Source of the DNA: an uncultured Actinomycetes bacterium
Lineage (GTDB): Bacteria > Actinomycetota > Acidimicrobiia > Acidimicrobiales > JACCXE01
Reading direction: 5' to 3'
Assembly: GCA_963718605.1 (NCBI GenBank)
Contig: OY970363.1
Location: 1,262,150-1,326,149, forward strand
DNA: 64,000 nt
Shown: in pieces, positions 9,026-18,671 of the stretch
Layout: each line of letters begins with the position of its first letter
Numbering within the stretch: position 1 is the first letter of the stretch
Position numbers and translations under genes: made by a program
The notes under the pieces: model-generated
What the model was told of the DNA's origin: nothing
Seen by the model: only the letters and a program-made list of their open reading frames with translations
The model's database searches: none

Positions 9026-9874
9026 TTACGGCGTCGACTTCAGCGTTGACGTGACGTCGCCGTTGATCGGCCGGTTGAACGCCGTGCCCGAAAACGTCTG
9101 GTGACTGGTGCGCGGCACCCGCAATGAGATGGCCCACTGCTCCACGTCGTGCAGGTTCACGTTGATGCTGCCCGATGCGTTCTTCGCGTTCACGGTCGAG
9201 TCGATGCCGACGTTGTCGCCGCTGCGCGATGTGATCCGGCCGTTGAGCGTGGCTGTCAGCTGACCAATCGGCGTCGAACACGTCCCGTTGCCGCTGAACG
9301 TTTTGCCCGGCGTTGGCGGCCACGGCGGCACCGGGACGCCGTTGCCGAACGTGCAACTCGCCGTCGCGCCGTTAAAGACAATGTTGGCGGCCGTGATGTA
9401 CGGCCCGTCGCCGCGGAACGCGTAGGTCAACACGAGCGGCGATTTATTCGGGTCGTAGTACCGCTTGAAGGACTGCGTCGATCCGCCGCTCACCACCAGC
9501 GTGCCGTTGGCGGGCACGTTTCCGTCGGGCGTCGTGCCGCTCTGGGCGTACCCGTAGGTGCCTTCCTTGGCCGGGCCGGGCACCGCGTTCGGATCCGCCA
9601 CCGGCTTGGCGGTTGTCGGGGCAGCCGCCACCGGCTTGGCGGTAGTCACCGACACGGCGCCTTTCTTCGTGGTCGCGGTCGCGCCGCTGACCGCGCTCGT
9701 CGACGTCGTGTCAGATCCGACGTCGAGGGTCGAGTCAGAGGACTCGGCCGTCGTCGTCGACTTGTCCGACGAGACCTTGTTGTCGTCCTTGCCGCCCCCG
9801 CCGCACGCGCCGGCGACGAGGGCCAGGGAGAACAGGAGCGCGCCGAAGCGGAGTCGGTTTCGCGTAAACGCCAT
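9026..9874 (-). CDS. Putative lipoprotein of unknown function with a Thr/Ser-rich linker
   Basis: MAFTRNRLRFGALLFSLALVAGACGGGG lipobox, a T/S/A-rich tether, then a beta-rich domain with two Cys. Confidence 0.8.
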   Translation of the reverse strand: MAFTRNRLRFGALLFSLALVAGACGGGGKDDNKVSSDKSTTTAESSDSTLDVGSDTTSTSAVSGATATTKKGAVSVTTAKPVAAAPTTAKPVADPNAVPGPAKEGTYGYAQSGTTPDGNVPANGTLVVSGGSTQSFKRYYDPNKSPLVLTYAFRGDGPYITAANIVFNGATASCTFGNGVPVPPWPPTPGKTFSGNGTCSTPIGQLTATLNGRITSRSGDNVGIDSTVNAKNASGSINVNLHDVEQWAISLRVPRTSHQTFSGTAFNRPINGDVTSTLKSTP

Positions 9875-9944
9875 GCGGCCAGCTTGCCAGTCCGCGCCCT
9901 CCAGCGGGCACCGCGGCGCCAGATGTGCGAAAGGATGCAGTTTG

Positions 9945-10773
9945 ATGACCGACTCGATCGTGCGCCGCCGCGCCACCGACGTCCGCTTGTTCGGGGCCGC
10001 CGGCTATGCGCTCCTCCTCCAGGTCGGCCACCCCACCATCGCGGCCGGCGTGCGCGATCACTCGAACTACGCGATCGATCCGTGGGGTCGTTTCTTCGGC
10101 ACGGCCGACTTCGTCAACCTGATGCTGTACGGCGACAGCGGCGCCGTCGACGAAGCGGTCGCCCATTTGCGCGACATGCATCGACGTATCCGCGGCACCG
10201 ACCTCGACGGCACGAAGTACTCCGCGCTCGAACCCGGGGCGTACGCGTGGGTGCACGCCACGCTGGCCGAGGCGATCGTCCGCGGCCACCACGTGTTCGG
10301 CACCGAACTGACCAAGGCGCAGAAAGACGAGTTCTGGCAAGAGTGGTTGAGCATGGGATTGCGCATGGGCATCCGGCGCGGCGATCTGCCCGACACGTGG
10401 GACGGGTTCAGTCGTGTACCGCGACGAGATGATCGACAACGTGCTCGGCCCCAACGACGTCACCGAGGCCGTGCACACGAAGGCGGCCAGCGCCACCGGC
10501 GGTTCGCCGTTCCCGTGGCTGCCCGCACCTCTCTGGGGACTGGCGGGTCGGCCGCTCGGCCGCTACGGCACGTTCCTCGCTCACGGCACCATGGGCGCCA
10601 AGCTGCGCGACAAGTTCGACATCCCGTGGACGCCCCGCCAGCAAGCGCGCTTCGCGCGGATCGCCGCATTGCACCGCGGCGCCCGGCCGCTCATGCCCAA
10701 GTCGTTGCGGCACTTTGGTCCGCTCGCGCTCAAGATCCGCTCCCGCGAAATCGCCGCGGGGCCCTTCAGCTGA
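9945..10773 (+). CDS. Oxygenase MpaB / DUF2236 family protein (one +1 frameshift near 10410, probably a sequencing error)
   Basis: ALLLQVGHPTIAAGVRDHS, DPWGRF, LRDMHRRIRG, YSALEPGAYAWVHATL. Deleting A10410 gives WDGFVVYRDEM and joins ORF 10414..10773. Confidence 0.8.
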
Positions 10774-12169
10774 TGGACGCCACCTTCCGCGGCCCTTACG
10801 CCGACGGGCCGCCGCCGAGCGCGCTCGAGATCAACGCGCCCGACGTCACCAAGGCCGGCCCGCGCGACCTGCTGCGCATGTTCGTCGTGCAGCTCACGAT
10901 CTCGTTGTGCGTCCTGCAAGCGGTCGCGGTGTGGGTCGTCCGCCGTCGTGGTCGCAGCTTGACCCGCGCCGCGTCGGACGGCCTCGTCGACGCGTTCGAA
11001 CGCCTCGGCCCCACCTTCGTGAAGGCGGGCCAACTGATCACCTCGTCGCCTGGCGTGTTTCCCGAGCCGCTAGCCGAGGCGTGCAAGCGCTGCCTCGACG
11101 AGGTGCCGCCGTTCCCGTCGGCCGAAGTGCGCCGCGTGATCGAGGAAGACCTCGGCGCGCGCATCGAAGACATCTTCAAGTCCTTCGACGACGTGCCGCT
11201 CGCGTCGGCGTCGATCGCGCAGGTGCACGCGTGTGTGTTGCGGGACGGAACGCGAAGCGGTCTTGAAAGTGCAACGCCCGGGCGTGCGAAAGACGATCAA
11301 CAGCGACCTCAAGAACCTCTACAAGATCGCCAAGCTCGTCGGGCGCTCGAAGAAGGCGGACCGGCTGCAGCCGACCAAGCTCATCGAGGACATGCACCTC
11401 ACCGCGAACCAAGAGGTGAACTGCGCACTCGAAGCGCATCGCCAATCGCAGTACCGCAAGAACATCGACGCCTTCGGCGACAATCCCGACGTCACCGCGC
11501 CCGAGGTGTACTGGAACTACTGCGGTCCGCGCGTGGTCTGCATGGAACGCATGTACGGCGTGCACGATCGACTACTTCCCGGCGATCGCGGACCGCAACA
11601 TCGACGGCGAGACGCTCTTGCGCAAAGGCATGAAGGTCGCGTTCGAGGCGATGCTGGTGCACGGGCCGTTCCACGGCGACGTGCACGCCGGCAACATCTG
11701 GGTGCTCGACGACGGACGGGCCGCGTTCCTCGACTTCGGGCTGATGGGCGAGCTGCCACCGCAGTGGCGCAAGCTCATGACGGACCTGCTGCGCACCGTG
11801 CAGATCGACGACAACTGGGCGCGCGTCGTGCGCAACTACAAGGACGTCGGCGTGTTGCCCGAGGACATCGGCACCGACGAAGAAGTCGGCATGCGCCTCC
11901 AGATGGTGATGACACCGATGATGGAAACCGCCGCGGGCGACGTCGATCTTGCCGACGTGATGAAGCAGCAGATCGACCTGGCCGAATCGATGGGGGCAAA
12001 GGCGCCGCAAGAGTTGATGCTGGTCGCGAAGCAGGTTTTCTACTTCGAGCGCTACGTAAAGGGCCTCGCCCCGAACTACGTGATGATCAAGGACCTGTTC
12101 CTCACCAAGAACGTGATCCCGGAATCCAAGGACGTCGCCGCGGCAAAGGGCATCGCCTTCCCGCCGTAG
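10773..12169 (+). CDS. ABC1/UbiB (AarF) atypical kinase (two +1 frameshifts near 11250 and 11564)
   Basis: LGPTFVKAGQ (KxGQ), PLASASIAQVH, AVLKVQRP, FHGDVHAGN, LDFG spread over three successive frames; TGATG overlap with the upstream gene. Confidence 0.85.
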
Positions 12170-12178
12170 TCTCGGGAG

Positions 12179-13569
12179 ATGGCCAATAAGCCGCTTGTTG
12201 TAGAGAACCCCGCCACCGGGGAACCGATCGGCGAAGTCGCCACCTTCACCGTTGACGAAATTCCCGGCATTGTTTCTGCGGCCGACGCCGCGCAAAAGCA
12301 GTGGGCGAAGACGCCGCCGCGCGAGCGCGCCGAAGTGCTGCGCGCGTGTTGGGCCGCGATGCTCGCCAACCAGGACGACCTCGCGGCCACGATCACCGGC
12401 GAGAACGGCAAGCCGCTGCGCGACAGCCTCGGCGAAGTCACGTACGCCGCCGAGTTCTTCCGCTGGAACAGCGAGGAAGCAGTTCGCCTCGACGGCGACG
12501 TCGGCGACTTGCCCAACGGCAACGGTCGCAAGATCGTGTTGCGCCAGCCGATCGGCACCGTGCTCGCGATCACGCCGTGGAACTTCCCCGCCGCCATGCT
12601 GACGCGCAAGTTGGCGCCGGCGTTGGCCGCCGGGTGCGCGGTGGTAGCGAAGCCCGCGTCACCGACACCGATGACGGCGGTCGCGTTGGCCGAGCTCTTC
12701 CGCGCCGCCGGTTTACCCGACGGGTCTATTGCACGTCGTGCCGACGCTGGACACCGGCGGTGTCGTGCGGGCCGCGCTCGCGCAAGAGCCGATCCGCAAG
12801 CTGTCGTTTACGGGCTCCACCGAAGTCGGCGCGAAGCTCCTCGAGCAAGCGGCCGCCCGCGTCGTGAGCTGTGCGATGGAGTTGGGCGGCAATGCGCCGT
12901 TCATCGTTCTCGGCGACGCCAATGTCGACGACGCCATCGAAGCCGCGATGGTCGCGAAGCTGCGTCACAACAGCGAGACGTGCACGGCGGCGAACCGCTT
13001 TTACGTGGCCGAGTCGCTCGTCGATGCATTCACCGACGCATTGGTGGCGCGCTTCGAAAAGCTGGTGCTCGGCGACGGTACGGATGACGCCACCGATCAC
13101 GGTCCCCTCATCAACCCAGGCGCGGTCGAAACGGTCGCACGGCTTTGTGCGCGCCGCCGTCGACGGTGGCGCCACCGCAGTGACCGGTGGTGGACCCGTG
13201 GACCGACCCGGTTCGTTCTTCGCGCCCACGGTCCTCACCAACGTGAAGCCCGGCAACCCGATCTTGCGCGAGGAGATCTTCGGACCGGTGGCGCCCATCG
13301 TGGCCGTGCCCGATGACGACGACGCGATCTTGGCGCTCGCCAACGACTGCGAGGTCGGTCTCGCCGGCTACGTCTGCGGTGGCGACTTCGGGCGCGCCCT
13401 ATCGGTGTCGGAACGACTCGAGGTCGGCATGGTCGGACTCAACCGCGGTCTCGTGTCGGACCCGGCGACACCGTTCGGCGGCGTGAAGGAGTCCGGCATC
13501 GGACGCGAGGGCGGCCACGAAGGCGTGCTCGCCTTCACCGAAGCCAAGCTCATCGTCACTGCGTGGTGA
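12179..13569 (+). CDS. NAD(P)-dependent aldehyde dehydrogenase, succinate-semialdehyde-dehydrogenase-like (two +1 frameshifts near 12723 and 13137)
   Basis: ITPWNFP, KLSFTGSTEVG, MELGGNAP, ETCTAAN, EEIFGP, PFGGVKESGIGREGG. Confidence 0.88.
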
Positions 13570-13570
13570 A

Positions 13571-14901
13571 TTGAGTACGGAGTTCCTGACGGCTGACGAG
13601 GCCGAGCAACGCCAAGCGCAACTCGCGGGTGCACTGCAGCGACGCGGCGCTGAACGAGCGCGTCGCGCTCGTCACGTCGAACGGCGCGCTAACGGCGGAC
13701 CGGCTGTGCCTCATCGCGGCGGCAATGCGCATTGGCGTGGCGCCCGTCGTGCTGCACGCCGCGCTCACCGCCGCGAGAGCGCGACGTCCTGCTGAAGGAC
13801 GCCGAGCCGGACTTCGTGATCGACGACCGCGTGCTGGCCGAACTCGTCGACGATCACCACGGGCCCGCAGCCGACCTGGCACCCGCCCCGCTCTGCCGGC
13901 CGTTGCTCTACACGTCGGGCACCACGGGCGAACCCAAGGGCGTGTGGTCAGGCGTGCTCGACGAAGCCGACGCGCTCGCGCTGGCTAACGAGGAGCGCGA
14001 CCTGTGGGCCTTCGATGCGCAGGATCGCCACCTCGTCTGCGGCACCGCCCACCATTCCGCGCCCCTGCGCTTCTCCATCGGGACGCTGCTCGCGGGCGGG
14101 TCCGTGATCTTGCCCGGCAAGTTCGACGCGCCGACCCAACTGATGGCCATCGATCAGTTCGAGCCGACCTCGAGCTTCATGGCGCCCGTCCACCTCCACC
14201 GCCTGCTCGATCTCGCCCACGACGACCCGGACTCGTTCACGTCGTTTCGTCTCGTTGCGCACGCGGGCGCGCCTACGAGCGACGCCGTGAAGCGGCGTGC
14301 GATCGCCGCGTTTCCGACCGACACCGTGTGGGAGTTCTACGGCGCGACGGAAGGGCAGTTCACTGCGTGCGCCCCGCACGAGTGGCTCGAACGCCCGGGC
14401 ACGCTCGGGCGCGCCCGGCCCGGGCGCGCCATGCGCGCCGATGCGGAGGGCACGCTGTGGTGCCGTCCACCGAGCTACGCGCGGTTCACCTATTGGAACG
14501 ACAAGGCGAAGACCGCGGCGGCCTGGCAGGGCGACGAGTTCACCGTGTTCGATCTCGGTCGCGTCGATGAAGACGGCTACGTCTATCTGGATGGCCGCCG
14601 CGACGATCTCATCCTCAGTGGCGGCGTGAACGTCTACCCGGCCGAGGTGGAACGCGTGCTGCTCGAAACGCCCGGCGTGACCGACGCCGCCGTGTTCCCC
14701 CGCACCGACGACGGCTGGGGTCAACGGGTCTGTGCCGCGTACGTCGGTGACGCGCCGTCCGCGGCGGTTACCGCCGCGTTGCGCGCTGCGCTCGCCGGCT
14801 ACAAGCAGCCGAAAGAACTGCACCAGGTTGGTGAGATCCCGCGGACCGCGAACGGCAAGGTGCGCCGGTCCCTACTGTCCACCGAACTCGGGCTCGACTG
14901 A
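13571..14901 (+). CDS. Acyl-CoA synthetase / AMP-binding protein (two +1 frameshifts near 13645 and 13770)
   Basis: LLYTSGTTGEPKG, WEFYGATEG, FDLGRVDEDGY, GRRDDLILSGGVNVYPAEVE, PRTANGKV. Confidence 0.85.
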
Positions 14902-14948
14902 TGTAGGAAGAAGGTTACGAGAACGGAAGGACGGGTAGGCAGACACCG

Positions 14949-15074
14949 ATGACGCTTCTAGCGATGTGGTTCCTCTCGTCCGTGCTCGCAGCCATGGTGC
15001 TGTCGTGGGTCATGGGCGACAGCTACGAACTCGACCTCAAGGCGCTCGCTAATTCGGCGGCGCTAGGCGCGTAA
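14949..15074 (+). CDS. Possible 41-aa small membrane protein
   Basis: Manual translation MTLLAMWFLSSVLAAMVLSWVMGDSYELDLKALANSAALGA*; hydrophobic N-terminal 22 aa, purine-rich upstream region; below the ORF-track size cutoff. Confidence 0.45.
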   Translation: MTLLAMWFLSSVLAAMVLSWVMGDSYELDLKALANSAALGA

Positions 15075-15669
15075 CGCCCGACGCCTCGAAGGCGTCGGCC
15101 ACCAGTGACGTGAGGTGACCCACCAGTGTCTTGCGCGGCATCGACCGCGTCGACGCCCACCAGTCCACCGCGGCGAACACTGCGCCCGGTAACGCATGAC
15201 CCCACGTCTCGCCCATCGCGGGATCCCGCCCCACCGCGAACAACGACGCGGAGAACGAAGACGCGAACATGGCGCCGAGGGCCGTGTTCATCACGCCGGG
15301 CTCGGGCCCGCTGGCTTCGAGGAAGAAGCGAAACAACTCGGGCTCCTTCTCCACGAACACGCAGAAGATGTTGATGCCTTTTGCGACGGCTTCCCTGAGC
15401 GGGACCGACTCAACGAACACGCTGCTGATCGAGGGCACCAAGTCCGCGGCGTAACGCGCCACCAGCGCGGAGGCCACGCCGGCCTTGTCGCCGAAGTGGT
15501 CGTACAAAATCGGCCGCGATACTCCGGCGGACTCGGCCAGTTCGGACATCGACACATCGGGGCCGTGCTTACGGATTGCGAGCACGGCGGCGTCGAGCAA
15601 CTCCTCGCGGCGCTCAGCCGGGTCCACCCGCGGCCCGCGGGGCCGTCCGACGCGTCGTGCCTCAGTCAT
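15049..15669 (-). CDS. TetR/AcrR family transcriptional regulator
   Basis: RREELLDAAVLAIRKHGPDVSMSELAESAGVSRPILYDHFGDK HTH; start taken at MTEARR. Confidence 0.93.
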   Translation of the reverse strand: MTEARRVGRPRGPRVDPAERREELLDAAVLAIRKHGPDVSMSELAESAGVSRPILYDHFGDKAGVASALVARYAADLVPSISSVFVESVPLREAVAKGINIFCVFVEKEPELFRFFLEASGPEPGVMNTALGAMFASSFSASLFAVGRDPAMGETWGHALPGAVFAAVDWWASTRSMPRKTLVGHLTSLVADAFEASGVTRLAPPN

Positions 15670-15688
15670 CGGAATCCAGGGTACCCCG

Positions 15689-15728
15689 TTGACCAATAAA
15701 GCGACAGTGTGTAACTTACACAGTGTCG
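15689..15728 (+). promoter_or_regulatory. Sigma-A-type promoter (TTGACC-N17-TAACTT) overlapped by a palindromic TetR-type operator
   Basis: -35 at 15689-15694, -10 at 15712-15717; CGACAGTGTGTAA-C-TTACACAGTGTCG at 15702-15728, 12/13 symmetric. Confidence 0.75.
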
Positions 15729-15746
15729 GATAAGTGGAGGACACCA

Positions 15747-16898
15747 GTGAGCACAGACATGTCGAGCGACGCCGAGATTCTCGGCCGCGACGAAATGAAC
15801 GACCTTGACGCGATCTTGGCGGTCAAGCCCGACTGGGACGCGACGATTCGCGAGGTCCAGAACAACGCCGACACGATCTTCACGTGGGACTACGAGCGGT
15901 CCCGCACGCCGCTTTCCAAGCTGTACGAGAAGGCGAAGACCGCGCAGTGGAATGGCACGACCGATCTGCCGTGGGAACTCGACGTCGACCAAGAGAAGCT
16001 CGCGGCGATGTCGCCCGACGCCAATCCCGAAATGCTCGCGGCGATGGGCATCGATCTCACCGGCACGCCGATGGAGAAGTGGACCAAGAAAGAGTGGACC
16101 GAGATCGGTATCCACCAGCAGAACTTCATGCTGAGCCAGTTCATGCACGGCGAGCAGGGCGCGCTGATCTGCACCGCCAAGATCGTCGAGACCGTGCCGT
16201 GGATCGACGCCAAGTACTACGCGGCTACGCAGGTCATGGACGAGGCCCGACACGTCGAAGTGTTCGCCCGTTACCTCGACGAGAAGCTCGACGGCCACTT
16301 TCCCCTAAACCCGCACCTCGGGATGCTGCTTGACGACATCATCAGCGACTCGCGCTGGGACTTCACCTACCTCGGCATGCAGATCATGGTCGAAGGCTTG
16401 GCGCTCGCGGCGTTCGGTCTCGTGCAAGCGATCACACCCGAGCCGCTGCTCAAGCAACTGCTCCGCTACGTCATGAGCGACGAGGCTCGCCACGTCGCGT
16501 TCGGCGTGTTGTCGCTGAAGGAGTTGTACGCCGGGATGACCTCGGCCGAGCTCGCTGAGCGCCAAGAGTTCGCGTTCGAAGCGGCGGTGCGGCTGCGTGA
16601 CCGGCTCGTCGCCGGTGAAGTCTGGGAACGCATGGGCGTCGATCCGAAGGTCGCGATCACCGCGATGAACCCGCCCGGCTCGAACAAGAACGACGACCCG
16701 TTCCAGCAGATGCTGTTCTCGAAAATCGTGCCGAACCTGTCGAAATTGGGCCTGCTCGACGCGAACGACGGTTGGCTGCGCAAGAAGTTCGACGCGATCG
16801 ACCTCACACAATTCGAGTCGTGGACCGACACCGAAATCGAATACGAACTGCTCGACGCCGTCACGCAGGATCGCGAAGCCGCAGCCGAATCCGCATAA
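15747..16898 (+). CDS. Ferritin-like diiron-carboxylate protein (AurF / aldehyde-decarbonylase-like)
   Basis: EQGA...QVMDEARH...MVEGLA...SDEARH: two E...DExxH pairs; GGAGG SD before GTG at 15747. Confidence 0.85.
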   Translation: MSTDMSSDAEILGRDEMNDLDAILAVKPDWDATIREVQNNADTIFTWDYERSRTPLSKLYEKAKTAQWNGTTDLPWELDVDQEKLAAMSPDANPEMLAAMGIDLTGTPMEKWTKKEWTEIGIHQQNFMLSQFMHGEQGALICTAKIVETVPWIDAKYYAATQVMDEARHVEVFARYLDEKLDGHFPLNPHLGMLLDDIISDSRWDFTYLGMQIMVEGLALAAFGLVQAITPEPLLKQLLRYVMSDEARHVAFGVLSLKELYAGMTSAELAERQEFAFEAAVRLRDRLVAGEVWERMGVDPKVAITAMNPPGSNKNDDPFQQMLFSKIVPNLSKLGLLDANDGWLRKKFDAIDLTQFESWTDTEIEYELLDAVTQDREAAAESA

Positions 16899-16907
16899 GT
16901 TAGGGGC

Positions 16908-17552
16908 GTGAGGGCGCGGAAGAGGGCCATCGATCTAGCTCTCGGCATTGTCCTAGCCGTCGTCGCCCTGCCGATCGTCCTTGTGATGGCGGTTTGTCTG
17001 ATTGTGGTATTTCGTCAGAGCCCGTTCTTCATGCAAGAGCGGATCGGCTACCAGGGCAGCAAGCTCCGCTTCCCGAAGCTGCGCACCATGCCGCGGTCGT
17101 CACCGGCGTATGCGCTGAAGACCGAGTTGTCGCTCGAGGACCTGCCTCGCTCGGCCAAGTTGTTTCGCAACCTGCACATCGACGAGCTGCCCCAGCTACT
17201 GCTCGTGATTACCGGCCAACTCAGCCTGGTCGGCCCCCGGCCCAAGATGCCTGACGACGTCGAGCCTTGTGGCGAGGAGTACGGCCGACTCCGCGTCACG
17301 GTGCCGCAGGGCTGCACGGGCCTGTGGCAGATCAGCGTCGACAAAGAAGGCATACCCGATCGGACGCCGCAGTACGACCTTTTCTACGTGGCGCACCGGT
17401 CGAACCGTTTCGATCTTTGGATTCTGTGGCAGACGCTGTTGCACGGCCTGCACCTGGGCAAGCTCATCACGCTCGAAGACGTGCCCACTTGGGTCTACCG
17501 CACCGGCCGGGTGCCGGCGGCGCCCGCGGCGGTTCCGGCCGAGGCGCCTTAG
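16908..17552 (+). CDS. Bacterial sugar transferase (polyprenyl-phosphate glycosylphosphotransferase catalytic domain)
   Basis: KRAIDLAL, QERIG, KLRTM, IDELPQL, LSLVGPRP, GCTGLWQ, YDLFYV. Confidence 0.88.
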   Translation: MRARKRAIDLALGIVLAVVALPIVLVMAVCLIVVFRQSPFFMQERIGYQGSKLRFPKLRTMPRSSPAYALKTELSLEDLPRSAKLFRNLHIDELPQLLLVITGQLSLVGPRPKMPDDVEPCGEEYGRLRVTVPQGCTGLWQISVDKEGIPDRTPQYDLFYVAHRSNRFDLWILWQTLLHGLHLGKLITLEDVPTWVYRTGRVPAAPAAVPAEAP

Positions 17553-17564
17553 CGCTTTCGCGGT

Positions 17565-18671
17565 ATGACGACCCCGCGCAAACTCACCTTCATCCCAGCG
17601 CTGGACGGCGTGCGCGCGATCGCGATCGCCATGGTGGTGTTGCACCACACGTTCCGACAGTTCGAGGGTGGCCGCGCCGGCGTCGACGTGTTCTTCGTAC
17701 TCAGCGGATTTCTGATCACGTCGCTCATCGTCAACGAGTTCGACGCGAAGCAAAGGATCAGCCTCAAGGGCTTTTATCGCCGCCGCGCATATCGGCTGTT
17801 TCCTGCGGCCGCTTTCCTGCTCGTCGTCGTGCTCGGCTACGCCACGGTCACGAACCTCGCGTCGGGCGACGGGTTGCCCAAGAGCGTCATCAAGTCGGCG
17901 ATCTTCGCGGTGCTCTACATCACGAACTGGGGCTGGGCCTTCGGCGCACACCTCGCGGCGCCGCTCGTGCACCTATGGAGCTTGGCCGTCGAGGAACAGT
18001 TCTATTTGTTGGCCCCGATCGCGCTGTTGCTCGCACTGCCCCGCTTCTCGCGCCACGCCATCATCCGCGGCCTTTTCGCCGTCGGCCTAGTCGGCGCGGC
18101 CTGGCGCGCCTTGCTGTTCGCACACGACGCCACCCTTTCCCGGTTGCGCTTCGGCCTCGACACCCACGCCGACGGTCTGATCGTCGGCAGCATGCTCGGC
18201 CTCGCGTTCGCGTCGGGCCTGGCGCCGCGCCTGTTCAACCAGGCCAAGGCGAAGGAATGGGCCGGCCTAGCCGCGCTGGTTGGCCTCGGAGCGCTCAGCC
18301 TCAGTTGGTACGCGCGGTGGGCCGGGCTCGAAGCGTGGGGGCCGACGATGTGGGCGGTGCTGAGCGCAGTCGTGCTGTGTTGCGTGGTTGGCCAGTCCAC
18401 CGGTTTGCACCTGAAGTTCCTGAACCTGCCCCCCGTGCGCCGCCTCGGCAAGGTCTCCTACGCGCTGTACCTGTGGCACCTGCCCGTCCTGTTTTACGGA
18501 GTGCGCGCTCTCGGAGCCGACCGGTCGCTGTGGGTCACCGTGCCGATTTGCTGGACGTTGTCGTACGCGATGGCGGAGATTTCGTTCCGTTTCGTCGAGA
18601 CAACCGCCCACCGGGTTCGGGACAGGCGTACCCTGAGTGCGTCTACTGACGAAAGCAAGGTGGCGGGGTGA
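17565..18671 (+). CDS. Acyltransferase 3 (OafA-like) membrane O-acyltransferase
   Basis: IPALDGVRAIAI, GVDVFFVLSGFLIT, FYRRRAYRLFP, HLWSLAVEEQFY, LGKVSYALYLWH. Confidence 0.93.
   Translation: MTTPRKLTFIPALDGVRAIAIAMVVLHHTFRQFEGGRAGVDVFFVLSGFLITSLIVNEFDAKQRISLKGFYRRRAYRLFPAAAFLLVVVLGYATVTNLASGDGLPKSVIKSAIFAVLYITNWGWAFGAHLAAPLVHLWSLAVEEQFYLLAPIALLLALPRFSRHAIIRGLFAVGLVGAAWRALLFAHDATLSRLRFGLDTHADGLIVGSMLGLAFASGLAPRLFNQAKAKEWAGLAALVGLGALSLSWYARWAGLEAWGPTMWAVLSAVVLCCVVGQSTGLHLKFLNLPPVRRLGKVSYALYLWHLPVLFYGVRALGADRSLWVTVPICWTLSYAMAEISFRFVETTAHRVRDRRTLSASTDESKVAG

Noticed and set aside
9558-11633. 691-aa ORF that appears to fuse a DUF2236 N-terminus with an ABC1 kinase N-terminus
   Set aside because: Artefact of the +1 insertion near 10410. 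The intervening about 120 aa are out-of-frame nonsense, and the true MpaB C-terminus and TGATG junction are in another frame.
10410-13770. Programmed ribosomal frameshifting or operon-wide pseudogenisation
   Set aside because: No slippery heptamers at the sites, every event is +1, and no nonsense mutations or deletions remain after repair; sequencing error is more parsimonious.
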